63,374 bases of DNA, filler included, from Bacteriovoracaceae bacterium (GCA_018649885.1; 4 parts of 4 records of this genome joined end to end with filler, not necessarily neighbours in it); one strand, 5' to 3'. Counted from the whole stretch's first letter, positions 30,025 to 40,392 are shown. Notes: generated from the letters alone by a model not told the origin. Program-made: numbers and translations.

Positions 30025-30840
30025 TCAGAAATCAAAAAAATCAATATTTAAACATTTTAAAATTTGAGGCTCTTCTGAAATTACAATATCGGTAAGATTT
30101 CTAATGAATTCGTTGAGTTTTTGTCTTATTTCTTTTTCACCTTGGTGTGAGACCGAAAGGGGAGCTGTATAGAAAAGATCTTTTTTTCTTTGATTTGGCA
30201 TTTTTTCAAAGCCCTTTAGTCGCCAATCCATTTGCCTTGATCTTACGTATGGAGAAGATGATTCAAGATGAATCCTGGCGGGCCCCATTTTGAGTTCATC
30301 ATTTTCCTTGATACAAAGTCCATGAGAGAGAAGAAACTCAACTACCTCTGCAGCAGTTTCAGGTGGAATTTTAAATCGGCTTGCAAGGCTGCTAATATCT
30401 TTTTCTGTGTTTAAAGAACTGTAAAGCCTTATGCCGCTGTAATACCAGTTTGAATAAAACTTGGCCTTCTCCTTATCACTCATTTTTTTATCGTGATCTA
30501 CAATATTTACCAATTTTTTTGACTTCTCCTTAAGCTCATCTAGTTTTTCTTGATAATATTCTTTAAGCTCTACACTTCCTGCTCTTGATATTTGGACTAG
30601 AGTAAAAAAGTATTCTCTTTCAAGCTTGGAGAGATTAAAAAAATGAGAGAGCTTATGGCCTTGCTCTGGCCCAATTTCACGGTCGCCGTTAAAGATTTGG
30701 CTTATCATCACACTGCTCATGGATAAAAAATTAGCGATCTTACGAAATTGCCCATACCCCTGCTTGGGCATGGCCTTTAGCTTTGCTTTTACAAAGGCCC
30801 TAAAATCAGAATATTCGAAAATATTTACACTTGAAGACAT
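30025..30840 (-). CDS. TIGR02147/DUF4423-family HTH protein
   Basis: IFEYSDFRAF, HTH (SSVMISQIFNGDR), LS..EREYF..LV, SNWYYSGIR, C-terminal LNIDFF. Confidence 0.8.
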   Translation of the reverse strand: MSSSVNIFEYSDFRAFVKAKLKAMPKQGYGQFRKIANFLSMSSVMISQIFNGDREIGPEQGHKLSHFFNLSKLEREYFFTLVQISRAGSVELKEYYQEKLDELKEKSKKLVNIVDHDKKMSDKEKAKFYSNWYYSGIRLYSSLNTEKDISSLASRFKIPPETAAEVVEFLLSHGLCIKENDELKMGPARIHLESSSPYVRSRQMDWRLKGFEKMPNQRKKDLFYTAPLSVSHQGEKEIRQKLNEFIRNLTDIVISEEPQILKCLNIDFFDF

Positions 30841-31015
30841 AGTAAAATCACCTACTTATGGGTAAAGTTTGCAGTTAATTTAACACCTTCCGTTAGTTAT
30901 TTGCAACTAAAATCTATTCATGAAACTTATCATTAAGTATCAATGTAAATGTAACTTATTAAGACGCCATAATAGGCGATTATTGATAACAAACTATAAC
31001 AACTTGGAGATAATA

Positions 31016-31705
31016 ATGAAGACCAGTTTAATTTTTTTACTAATCAGCGCAAGCTTTTCTCTTTTTGCTGAGATACCTGAACATTGTAGAAAAGATCGAC
31101 TTAAAAATAACCAGACTTATACGAGACCAGTAAGTGGACCTGTAATCGCTCTAAATATGGTTAGCTGCTATTGGATTGAAGGCAAAGATGAATGGGGTGA
31201 TCCAAAGTGGCATTTGAAAATGGTGCCGAGCTATTGGATTCCCGGTACAAAACTTCCACATAATCAGCGAAGAAAAATAGAAAGAATAATTTCCCATAAA
31301 ATAATTGAACTTAAAGGAAAAGATCAATTCAATCTCATTTTAAGTCATATAGTTGGATATATCTCAAAAGTTGATTTTCCCATCATTTATAATCTTTTGA
31401 TGAAAATTGGAGCAATCCAAAAAGATACCTCTGGCGCCAATGCAATTGTAAAAACAGCTTTGATGGAGTCCCTTCTTGAAATGCAACTAAGAGATGATAA
31501 AGGAATAAGGGTAAGTAGTGATGTTGAGGCAGTGATCTATTATGGACTTAAAATGGGGCAAGATTTTAATGTCGTTGATAAAAGCATAGATCTAGATAGT
31601 ACATCAAAAGCTTTAGCTAGCACTATAAAACAAGATACAACTTATAACCAAAGGTTTGAGGATTTTTCAAGGAATTTAGATAAATTAGACATTGATGTAT
31701 TCTAA
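31016..31705 (+). CDS. secreted hypothetical protein
   Basis: GGAGA RBS, ATG 31016, signal peptide ending LFA; paralogous to the C-terminal domain of the next gene. Confidence 0.75.
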   Translation: MKTSLIFLLISASFSLFAEIPEHCRKDRLKNNQTYTRPVSGPVIALNMVSCYWIEGKDEWGDPKWHLKMVPSYWIPGTKLPHNQRRKIERIISHKIIELKGKDQFNLILSHIVGYISKVDFPIIYNLLMKIGAIQKDTSGANAIVKTALMESLLEMQLRDDKGIRVSSDVEAVIYYGLKMGQDFNVVDKSIDLDSTSKALASTIKQDTTYNQRFEDFSRNLDKLDIDVF

Positions 31706-31762
31706 ATCATCGAGGGAATCATCTTGATAAATTAGAACACTCTACATCTAAAGGAAAAAGTA

Positions 31763-33499
31763 ATGAAAAATTTAATCTTGGTAATTTTATTATCTTCAAT
31801 GTACGTAAGTTGTACAAAAAAGATAGTTGAAACAAAGTACATAAACAATCAAGAAAGCTCTGGAGGGGGGATTGATGGCTCTGGAGGCGAGACAGTACAA
31901 AGCTCTAAAATAGAGGTTGAAAATACATTAGAATCTATTCAAAAATCAGCAGCCGAATCTCTTTTTCGATTAACACTAGAATATATGTTCTTATCAAGTG
32001 AAACTCTTGATTATATTTATGGAAAGAATTCTGCCAACGCCCTTAGCAAATTATTTAAGGCAAAAAACTTTAATGCAACAAAGGTTTTCAATAAACTAAT
32101 CACTCAAAATGTAAACCTAAATGTGAAAGATAAAGGGTATTGTTCAACTAAACTAAATGGAAAGATAAAGCACACTCATGGCTCAGCCACGGGAAATTTT
32201 CCACATGGCTCAATTTGTTTAAGTATCAATGCGCTCCAGGAAATTCCCAAGGAAGGACTAAGAGTTCAGGCCTCTGCCTTATTTATCCATGAACTTACCC
32301 ATCTCTTTTATTTAAATGAAGAGGACGCTAAATCCATTCAAAATATAATAATAAAGGGAAGAAGATATTTATCTCCACTTAAGTCTGAGCAAAGAGAGCT
32401 GATCGTATATGCCGAAGGCCTTCTCAATATGTTTAATAGTAGAGCTGTATTCGATCCAGAAAAAAATGATACTGGTACTTTGTGTCGGAGTGTAAATCGG
32501 GCTGTAACTATTTCAGATAAACTCGATGCTTTAGTTAAGTCTTCCATGAATATCGATTTAAATAGAAGACTCCCTGAATATATCACACTCGATATTATGA
32601 CCATGGCCAATATGATCAAGGGTCTTAGAGGATATTGCAATAGCTCGCCCCTTTCTACAGTGGCATCACATAATGTACAGCCAGGAAATAATATAGATCT
32701 CTCACTGAAAATTGAAAGTATTTTAGTTATGGTGATGACAACCCATAAGAGAATGAACACGTATCTTGACCCTCTAAGAAACCCCAAAAAAATAGCGCAA
32801 CAAATCAAAGACTTTGATCGATATGCTAAGCTACCTGAAAAGCCAAAAGAAAGCTCTGAGAGTAAGAGGAAAATTCCAAGGCATTGCTACTTCAATGACA
32901 TCAAGAAAAATCTTTCTTATTACCCTCCCAAAAAGGGGCCCACTATAAAGGGCGAAGATGCTACTTGTTTAGTAAGTATAAAAATAAAGGAATTAAACCT
33001 TACTTATTATATTATGGTTCCAGTGCCAACTTACTGGATCCCAGGAGCAAAACTTCCCCATATTTTGCGTAAAAAGGCCGAGAAATTCTTTTATAAAACA
33101 GTAATAGAGCTTAAAATAAAAGATCAACTAGGTGATATCATCAAGCACTTTTTGGGTTACACCTATAGCGAAAAAGCTAAAAAATTGGGCAAGCTTCTAA
33201 GTAAAGTTACTTGGATTCCAAAATCTTCAAAAATGGGAATAGGCAAAACAATAAAAAATAATTTGCTAGAAACACTGTTAGATATGGAGTTTAATAACTT
33301 TTCAGCAAATGAGCAAAAAGCAGTAATCTACTATGGCCTTTTCCAGCTAAGAAAAATGAAATTAATGAGTGAAGGCTCAAAAATTAACACGGCCACCAAT
33401 CAATTAACCAAATCATTTCAGCTCGACTCTGACTATAAAACTCGCTATAGATTATCCTTGAACCAGCTTGAAAGATTAAATATTAAAGTATTTGAGTAA
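31763..33499 (+). CDS. lipoprotein with GGGIDGSGG motif, HExxH motif and C-terminal domain paralogous to 31016-31705
   Basis: Lipobox YVSC; FIHELTH; VPTYWIPGAKLPH vs MVPSYWIPGTKLPH; both end L..L.I.VF. Confidence 0.8.
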   Translation: MKNLILVILLSSMYVSCTKKIVETKYINNQESSGGGIDGSGGETVQSSKIEVENTLESIQKSAAESLFRLTLEYMFLSSETLDYIYGKNSANALSKLFKAKNFNATKVFNKLITQNVNLNVKDKGYCSTKLNGKIKHTHGSATGNFPHGSICLSINALQEIPKEGLRVQASALFIHELTHLFYLNEEDAKSIQNIIIKGRRYLSPLKSEQRELIVYAEGLLNMFNSRAVFDPEKNDTGTLCRSVNRAVTISDKLDALVKSSMNIDLNRRLPEYITLDIMTMANMIKGLRGYCNSSPLSTVASHNVQPGNNIDLSLKIESILVMVMTTHKRMNTYLDPLRNPKKIAQQIKDFDRYAKLPEKPKESSESKRKIPRHCYFNDIKKNLSYYPPKKGPTIKGEDATCLVSIKIKELNLTYYIMVPVPTYWIPGAKLPHILRKKAEKFFYKTVIELKIKDQLGDIIKHFLGYTYSEKAKKLGKLLSKVTWIPKSSKMGIGKTIKNNLLETLLDMEFNNFSANEQKAVIYYGLFQLRKMKLMSEGSKINTATNQLTKSFQLDSDYKTRYRLSLNQLERLNIKVFE

Positions 33500-33585
33500 A
33501 ATATAGATTATTATCACATTTTTTCTAAAGTCTAATGTTCTTGTCGGGTACTTCTGTGTTGGCCTAGTTATCACGGACTAAAGTT

Positions 33586-33613
33586 TAAAGAAATACTATT
33601 GTCATTCCGATAA
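33586..33613 (+). promoter_or_regulatory. putative sigma28/FliA-type promoter
   Basis: TAAA-N16-TCCGATAA, 36 nt upstream of ATG 33650. Confidence 0.45.
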
Positions 33614-33649
33614 ATTTAATCAACGAATTGATATTTCGGAGAAGTAATT

Positions 33650-34636
33650 ATGAGGTTTTTTTCTATTGTAGTGATATCTGCAATTTTTTCTATTTCATCT
33701 CTAATGGCCAAGGATATGGAACCCAAATTTAAAAAGTGTATTAAGAAAGGTAAAAAGCCTATGGTCTGCGCTGATCAATGCAGACTGAAATATGCAAAAT
33801 CAGGAAAGGAAAGAAAGCAATGTGGGATTTTAGCAAAAATTGCTAGGCAAGATAAAAAAATAAAAAAAGCAACGAACAAAATCAATAAAGCTCGGAAATC
33901 TTCTAAAAATATAAATAAATCTTTGCGTTCGAGTTTCAAGAAATGTGCTTCGAAGTATTCTAAGAATCTTGAAAAATGTAGAATCAAATGTGTAAAGAAA
34001 GCAAAATCGAAAAACTTGAGCAAGAAGCAATGCAAATTATTGAAGAAGGAGTTTGTTGGTAGTCGAAAAGCAGGAAACTTGGCGAAAAGGCAAAGTAAGA
34101 GAGAGGCCAGGTTTAAGAAAAATAAGGATAGAAAAAATAAAAATCTCGATCGAAAAATAAAAAATGCTCGCAATGATAATGCCAAAAGAAGATTAAAGAA
34201 GAGAAAGAAGAATATGAACAAAAATTTTTCTAAGAAAAATTTTAAGAAAGTTTGCCGTGGCGGAATTCCTGATCGCGATGGTGTTCTTAAAGATCTAAAA
34301 AGTAGAAATAAATGTTGCAAGCAATTACATGCAGAGTTAGCACCAGTTGTAGCTGGAATTTCAGTGGCCGCAGCCGTCGCCACTGTTCTCTCCTTTGGAA
34401 CTGCCTCAATTGCAGTTGCAGGAGGATCCATGGCCATAGCAAGTGTTGCGATTGCCGGCGGTACTAGTGCAGTTGGCGTTGGTTCTGGAATTGGAGCTGC
34501 GGGAGTTGCAGCTTCTGCTACTTTGGGCACGGGAATTAAGAGAATGAATGGTCTTAAATGCAAGCAAACTGGAAAATTATTAAGATCTCTTAAGAGAAAG
34601 GCAAAACTTAAAAAGAAGCTGAATAAATTGAGATAA
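33650..34636 (+). CDS. secreted, very basic Cys-containing protein with Gly/Ala-rich hydrophobic segment
   Basis: Signal peptide; GGAGA RBS; Lys-rich helices; ~65-aa uncharged G/A/V/S stretch. Confidence 0.8.
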   Translation: MRFFSIVVISAIFSISSLMAKDMEPKFKKCIKKGKKPMVCADQCRLKYAKSGKERKQCGILAKIARQDKKIKKATNKINKARKSSKNINKSLRSSFKKCASKYSKNLEKCRIKCVKKAKSKNLSKKQCKLLKKEFVGSRKAGNLAKRQSKREARFKKNKDRKNKNLDRKIKNARNDNAKRRLKKRKKNMNKNFSKKNFKKVCRGGIPDRDGVLKDLKSRNKCCKQLHAELAPVVAGISVAAAVATVLSFGTASIAVAGGSMAIASVAIAGGTSAVGVGSGIGAAGVAASATLGTGIKRMNGLKCKQTGKLLRSLKRKAKLKKKLNKLR

Positions 34637-34638
34637 TT

Positions 34639-35106
34639 GTGCCTATGAAAGGTGCCATTTTGCTTTCTGGCCCTTTTCTTTTTTTAAGCTCCTGCGGAAA
34701 CGGTGAAGAGAGCAATCTTAGGCTCGTAGTACTCAACTTTAAAAATAAAGCCCCCTCTGAAAAGAACTGTTTTGGTCAAACAATCCCTACAACGGCTTCC
34801 GGGTATAATTGCTACGCGATAATGGTGACCTACCCAGAGCAAGACTCCAGAACTTCATGCTACGAGGTAGATTCAGGCGATTTAGTTGCCACTCCAAATG
34901 TAGCGTCTGGAAGTGTTAGCGCAAGGAAGTTTGAAGTCGTTGGTTTTTACTCCACTGGAAGTTGCACCGACCTCAGAGATCTTAGTTTTAATGAAACGAA
35001 TACAATTTCTAATCCTGTCATTCTAGGGGGAACTACCACCGATGTTTACTTAGATATCACTGTCCCCATAACTATAAGTAGCAGGTCTACTCCATTTTTT
35101 TTATAG
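34639..35106 (+). pseudogene. probable remnant of a lipoprotein gene
   Basis: Protein-like sequence with LSSC, but the start overlaps a terminator-like hairpin, no RBS is evident, and it ends abruptly. Confidence 0.35.
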
Positions 35107-35336
35107 GTGATGAAGAAGTACCATCAATAGATATATGGTATCAATGAGAAATAAAAAAATACATCTTTTTGATACAATTCTTAATTTAACTAAAGCGCTT
35201 CTCAGGGTGCCACTCATTGCATCTTTTTCTCATATTTTTTAGTCAGTGTAAAAAAGTTGATTGCTTCATAGGATATGAGTATGCTGTGAACCACTGAAAT
35301 AACAAGAGCTTTCTAAACAAACTCTTTTGATAAAAA

Positions 35337-35352
35337 TGGAATTAAACTTGCA
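35337..35352 (+). promoter_or_regulatory. putative sigma54 -24/-12 promoter
   Basis: TGGAATTAAACTTGCA (GG-N10-GC) upstream of TTG 35407. Confidence 0.4.
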
Positions 35353-35406
35353 CTTTAAATATGTGTTCCATGAGGGAAACACCGGATTTAAACAAGGATT
35401 GTTTAA

Positions 35407-38007
35407 TTGAAAAATCAAATCACAATCAAACTTCTTTTACTTATTATTTTAGCTGCAACTTTGTCTGCATGTAATAGCGGCGGAGATGGTGGTGGAGCTG
35501 GCGGCGCTGCTACAGGCGCTCCAGCAATTGTGCCAGAGGAAGAGGGAACGGCGAAGGTTGAACCAACCGCCACCCCAACAATTGCTGAGGAATATGTAAA
35601 TTTAGAAGTTGTCTCATTAGAATTTGATGGAAGAAAAGGTGAGCTCACTATTTTTATCAAAAATACCGGAAATGTCCCATCCACTAGTTTTGGAACACAG
35701 GTCACAACTCAAAATCATGACACTGACGTTACATATAATGATTCAATTGGACCAGGCGAAACTATTTCAGTTGTGGCCCATATTCCAGTTTGGGAGCTTT
35801 CAGGAGCACACGATTACGATCTATCAACAAGAGTTTATTTAGATAGTGGACAAGAAATAGAGGAGAGCAATGAAGATGACAATGAGGCTTCTCTACCTAT
35901 TCAGTTTAATCTTGTTGAGAAAAAAATCGAAGGAGTTGAGCTGAGAGATGATAGCTTTTCTTTTCGCTATACGCTTAGAGGAAATGGGGAAAGAGTTGGC
36001 TACCATTTGGGTTTTAATATTTCATATACAGATAGTTCTACTCAAATCAACTCATTTATCGAGGGCAGTATTCCAAGTGATCAAATTGCTGATGATGGAA
36101 GTTATACTCTTTCTTCTGAGGAATTTAAATCTCTTTTCCCAAACAAGACTCATGATACAACTGGAATCCTTAGAGTTGAGCTTTACTCGGATGATTATCT
36201 AATTGCACACGATACTAATATTGATGACGATACCATGGAAAAAGAAAACTTCATTGCACCAGCAAGAGATGTTCAACTGGCATTTACAGATATTAAAGTG
36301 GAGCTAGATAAGTTAAAAATTGATATAATCAATGCTGGAAGAAGCACACTCTATGCTAATGAAAATGAAAAAGTAAAATTTTCTTTGAATGGAATTGGTA
36401 AAGAGTATCAGGTAGGGGAGTTAAGCCCTGGCGGCTCAAAAACTATTTTCGTAGAATTAAAAGAGTTTCGTTTACATAAGACCGTTGAGTACAACAGTGA
36501 GCTGAGCTTTGCTCAAGATAGCTCGACTGCCAATTTCTCCTTTGTAGCAACTGAAAGTCATATCCCAGACTCCTATGTAGACTTTAGTATCGTCAAGTAC
36601 CGATTTGAGCACAAATATGTAGGAGATAATAGCGACTATATCTTTCATGTAGAAGTGAAAAACAATAGTACTGCAGATATAACTGATATAGTTCCACAAA
36701 TTAATATTATAAAATTTAATGTTGATGGAGTTGCCATAAGATCAGTTTGGAGTTCTGGCATTGATATAGAAAATGGTAAAAGAGTTTATAGCTTTTCTAG
36801 TGCCAGTACTGGGTTAGACTTTAGTATTGAAGACCCTTCAAGATACCAAATCGAAATTGTTTTACCCAATGAATATCTTGACTACAACCCAGAGGACAAT
36901 ACTGTTGATAAAGTGATTCAAAGACCCTTTGATAAAGATGTGGCACTGCGGAGATTTGACTATAATAGTGTTGAAAATTACTTTGAACTAGAGGTCCAAA
37001 ATGTAGGCCTAATCTCAACAATTTTTAGAGTTGAGATTTCTAACTCAAACTCTGATAGTTTTTTTAGTAATAGAACTAGAAACCTTTCACCCGATCAGTC
37101 TGTTACCATTAAAATCCCGGCCACTAGCTTTGAAAGTATTCTCCCTCTTCCAGATAATAAGTTAAAAGCAACACTCACTTATTATTACAATTACTATAAC
37201 AATTATGACCAAAACCTAGAAAATAATAGCATTGAAAAAGAATTTGATTTCTCACAAGTCGGTTACGATTTAAAAGGTGGAGTAGTTGGAAGTAGTGATC
37301 GACCAGTTGATTTGGCGGTAATTGATCTGATCGCCAATCCAAGCGGTGGCGTCATTCATATAATAGCTAAAAATATCGGGACAGGAACATTCTTTGGAAA
37401 ATTACAATTAGAATATGAAAATTTGAATACTGGAGAAATAATCACAAGAGATTTAGATTATACAGAAGTTGATGGCCAATACTCACAATTTCATTTTTAT
37501 ATTTGGATAACTGATGAAGGTCTAACTCAGGAAACTGAATTTAGCTACAGAGCTTCAATAAAACCAAATACAGCTATCCAGGAAATTAATCCTGAAAATA
37601 ACACTGATACTGTTACTTTTACGATGTACCCTGAATTAGTAGAAGAACAAGATGGCTGTCAATTCAATTTAGTTCCAGATAACATGACCCTTATGGCAAA
37701 TATCGATCAAATAAAAGTTGACTGGCACTTGGAAGGAAGTTGTAGTATCCGTCAAACTGGAATTAGCTTAGTACTTAATACTGAAGGCGACCGACAGTAT
37801 CAAGGTTATTACTATGTTTATAATACTCTTGTACCTGGTAGAACCTACAGCTCATATTTTTCCACTGATCTATTACGACATAATAATATGCGCAAAACTC
37901 TTCGTCTGAGCATGGACACTTTCAATAATTTAGTAGAGACAAATGAAGCTGATAACCACTTATTTAACGATACAATTGTTGATCAATTTAAAAGTTTACA
38001 ACAGTAA
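35407..38007 (+). CDS. CARDB-repeat lipoprotein, paralog of 14073-19331
   Basis: Lipobox LSAC-NSGG; IKNTG...IEESNEDDN repeats; AAGGA RBS. Confidence 0.8.
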   Translation: MKNQITIKLLLLIILAATLSACNSGGDGGGAGGAATGAPAIVPEEEGTAKVEPTATPTIAEEYVNLEVVSLEFDGRKGELTIFIKNTGNVPSTSFGTQVTTQNHDTDVTYNDSIGPGETISVVAHIPVWELSGAHDYDLSTRVYLDSGQEIEESNEDDNEASLPIQFNLVEKKIEGVELRDDSFSFRYTLRGNGERVGYHLGFNISYTDSSTQINSFIEGSIPSDQIADDGSYTLSSEEFKSLFPNKTHDTTGILRVELYSDDYLIAHDTNIDDDTMEKENFIAPARDVQLAFTDIKVELDKLKIDIINAGRSTLYANENEKVKFSLNGIGKEYQVGELSPGGSKTIFVELKEFRLHKTVEYNSELSFAQDSSTANFSFVATESHIPDSYVDFSIVKYRFEHKYVGDNSDYIFHVEVKNNSTADITDIVPQINIIKFNVDGVAIRSVWSSGIDIENGKRVYSFSSASTGLDFSIEDPSRYQIEIVLPNEYLDYNPEDNTVDKVIQRPFDKDVALRRFDYNSVENYFELEVQNVGLISTIFRVEISNSNSDSFFSNRTRNLSPDQSVTIKIPATSFESILPLPDNKLKATLTYYYNYYNNYDQNLENNSIEKEFDFSQVGYDLKGGVVGSSDRPVDLAVIDLIANPSGGVIHIIAKNIGTGTFFGKLQLEYENLNTGEIITRDLDYTEVDGQYSQFHFYIWITDEGLTQETEFSYRASIKPNTAIQEINPENNTDTVTFTMYPELVEEQDGCQFNLVPDNMTLMANIDQIKVDWHLEGSCSIRQTGISLVLNTEGDRQYQGYYYVYNTLVPGRTYSSYFSTDLLRHNNMRKTLRLSMDTFNNLVETNEADNHLFNDTIVDQFKSLQQ

Positions 38008-38047
38008 AAGTAGGAAAACAAAGTAGTGCCGGCACCATCATATCATT

Positions 38048-38476
38048 TTAATGAATTGGGAGACCAATAATCATTCGACTATGTCCGCCATGATACTCGG
38101 GATAACTATGCCCTGTGATAGCGATAACCTTTATATTAAATTTTTCTAAAATGGGAGAAAGTATTCTGGGACTAATACTTTCTTTTTGCATATTACTTAT
38201 CTCAAAATTGAGAATCTTGTATTGATCGTCTTGACTAGGGGGATACTCTTGTCCAACTACATTTACAGTGTATGTATTTGAACTACCCCACCGGTCATTA
38301 GTCATTTCACAGCTAGCGAGTGTATATTCTAGTTTTGAACGTTGTTTTAAAAAGGTAAAAGATCTCCTGACCATTTGACAAAAAGAGCTACCGGCGTAAT
38401 TAATGTCAACTTGTTTGGTCTCACTACTATAAGCAGTACTGAAAGTTAAAAGCATGAGAAATACTATTTTTAACAT
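38048..38476 (-). CDS. secreted hypothetical protein
   Basis: Signal peptide; GGAG RBS. Confidence 0.7.
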   Translation of the reverse strand: MLKIVFLMLLTFSTAYSSETKQVDINYAGSSFCQMVRRSFTFLKQRSKLEYTLASCEMTNDRWGSSNTYTVNVVGQEYPPSQDDQYKILNFEISNMQKESISPRILSPILEKFNIKVIAITGHSYPEYHGGHSRMIIGLPIH

Positions 38477-38714
38477 ATAAAACTCCGAAATTTCGATTTT
38501 TCACCTTCTAATATATCACTGCTATTAACAATGGCCTGCAAACCATGAAAATTTACATGCACTGTCTATTTTTTTGACAGAGAGGAGGTAACTGCCCAAT
38601 ATACTGTTTTTAAAGAGATCGTATAGTTTGGGCAAGAAAAGGAAGTTCTCCGCGGGTCGAAGTTCGGTCATCTAGGTATTTCCAAAAACTCACACCAAGC
38701 TTTCTGCAAGTTGA

Positions 38715-38814
38715 NNNNNNNNNNNNNNNNNNNNNNNNNNNNNNNNNNNNNNNNNNNNTTAATTAATTAANNNNNNNNNNNNNNNNNNNNNNNNNNNNNN
38801 NNNNNNNNNNNNNN
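38715..38814. other. assembly linker
   Basis: N44-TTAATTAATTAA-N44. Confidence 0.97.
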
Positions 38815-38857
38815 CTTCGTGTCATATCAAAATGTGAGGTGGGTGACTTTTAGGCCG

Positions 38858-39025
38858 TTAAATGGCACTTACCCGGGTGACTATTGGACTGCTAAAACCA
38901 CTTACAATCTTACGTACAGTATTTCTTGCAAGTCCCACTTCCTTCACAGTTGCTTTTATACTTCCGGTAGCTAAAAACTTCATTAAAGTTTCGTCTTTTT
39001 TTTCCTCAGATATACAGTTGCCCAT
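38858..39025 (-). CDS. 55-aa HTH ORF, possibly a transposase N-terminal remnant
   Basis: AGGAG RBS; MGNCISEEKKDETLMKFLATGSIKATVKEVGLARNTVRKIV resembles the IS21 IstA-type N-terminal HTH. Below ORF-track cutoff. Confidence 0.4.
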   Translation of the reverse strand: MGNCISEEKKDETLMKFLATGSIKATVKEVGLARNTVRKIVSGFSSPIVTRVSAI

Positions 39026-39141
39026 AAAAAAAATCTCCTGAACTTAACCCCTCTGGGGTCATTGCCTGTTAATATTTTCTGATGTTAGACAACACTCGGT
39101 CAACTTTAGGAAAAATAATTAGGGATTTCATTTTATAAAAT

Positions 39142-39351
39142 TCAGTAGATTTTATTATCAAGTAAATATTCAAAATATTTAGGTTTTATTCCATATACAC
39201 TTAAAATCATCACTAACACTCTATACTTCGGTATTTTAGTCCGACCATTTTCAATTTGAGAAATATAGCCTTTTGTAACTTTCATACAATCCGCAACGTT
39301 TTGTTGGGTTAAATTCTTTTTCAACCTCAATTCCCTTAACAGATTTCTCAC
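39142..39351 (-). CDS. XRE-family HTH regulator
   Basis: LRELRLKKNLTQQNVADCMKVTKGYISQIENG; start uncertain (GTG 39351 preferred). Confidence 0.85.
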   Translation of the reverse strand: MRNLLRELRLKKNLTQQNVADCMKVTKGYISQIENGRTKIPKYRVLVMILSVYGIKPKYFEYLLDNKIY

Positions 39352-39540
39352 ATTTGCATTTGTATAGCAGTACACTACCAAGGCCCTCCACAGTACACAC
39401 CAATATAACATTTTAAATTAAACAAACTAAAACAAAATGAAATGTAAAAAAGGTATAAACCCAATATTTCTATAGAGTTAGTGAGTAAATGTGAAATGAA
39501 ATGAACATAAGTTAAAGAGCTGATTTTACAATCAGCAGAA

Positions 39541-39617
39541 TGGTGGAGGTGGTGGAGATGCCATAACTCTCCAAAATTAAAGACTCACATTTTGAAAAGT
39601 ACTACAGATTACTACAG
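39541..39617. repeat. att-like site 1: tmRNA 3'-end copy plus ACTAC doublet
   Basis: TGGTGGAGGTGGTGG, 15/15 identical to 48856-48870; ACTAC at 39601 and 39611. Confidence 0.88.
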
Positions 39618-39621
39618 CTAT

Positions 39622-40068
39622 CTATTCACCATTAGAGATTTTAAAACACTGAAGCTCAATTGAGTGATTTTCATCAAAAGAGCTATGAGAAATTCCCCTT
39701 TGACCTTTATCAAATACCACGTTGTAAAGTTTTTCTACTGTAAATCCATCTTCTGCCAGAAACCTAACAGATAAACTTCCATCTCCTGGTTTAAATGCAA
39801 CAGGAGGAACTCTGTCGTACTGAAACTCTGCATACGTTTCACTATACTTAAAGAAATACATTGCATACTGATCATTTGAAAAGATGGGAGTATTGTCTTC
39901 TATTTCGTTTTTTTCTGTTGGTGTAATACTATTAAAAGTATTGTATATCTTCTGAACTATTTCACCACTATCTTTAACCATATAAGAAAGACTACAGTTA
40001 TATCTATCTTCTGCGAAAGCATTGCTAATTAGCCCCATTAATAGACTCGTGAAAATAAATTTATACAT
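39622..40068 (-). CDS. secreted hypothetical protein (cassette cargo)
   Basis: Signal peptide ending AFA; GGGGG RBS. Confidence 0.75.
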   Translation of the reverse strand: MYKFIFTSLLMGLISNAFAEDRYNCSLSYMVKDSGEIVQKIYNTFNSITPTEKNEIEDNTPIFSNDQYAMYFFKYSETYAEFQYDRVPPVAFKPGDGSLSVRFLAEDGFTVEKLYNVVFDKGQRGISHSSFDENHSIELQCFKISNGE

Positions 40069-40260
40069 TTTTTAGCCCCCCAGCTTATTGTGACATCCCA
40101 AAATAATATTTAATTTGGAAAGTTTCTGTTTGACTCAATTATCGCAGATTTAAAGTGGATATAAATAGACATGAAAAAAAAACATAGGGTGCCCAAAATA
40201 ACTTCAATTCTTGAGGTCTCGCCTGGCATTTGATTACAAGAGCTTAGGGGAGAGGAGGAA

Positions 40261-40336
40261 CGGTGGAGGTGGTGGAGTACTTCTAATTTGTTGTTTTTGT
40301 TATGCTCAGTCTTGCAAAGAACTACGGTTAACTACA
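40261..40336. repeat. att-like site 2
   Basis: cGGTGGAGGTGGTGGAG; ACTAC at 40321 and 40331, the same +60/+70 spacing as site 1. Confidence 0.85.
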
Positions 40337-40392
40337 AAGTAATAGACACAGCCCGTATTCCTCCTGGCACCTTATACTTTTCTCAATGGTGA

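Noticed and set aside
33775..34563. 262-aa antisense Phe/Leu-rich ORF
   Set aside because: Shadow of the Lys-rich sense gene (AAA read as TTT).
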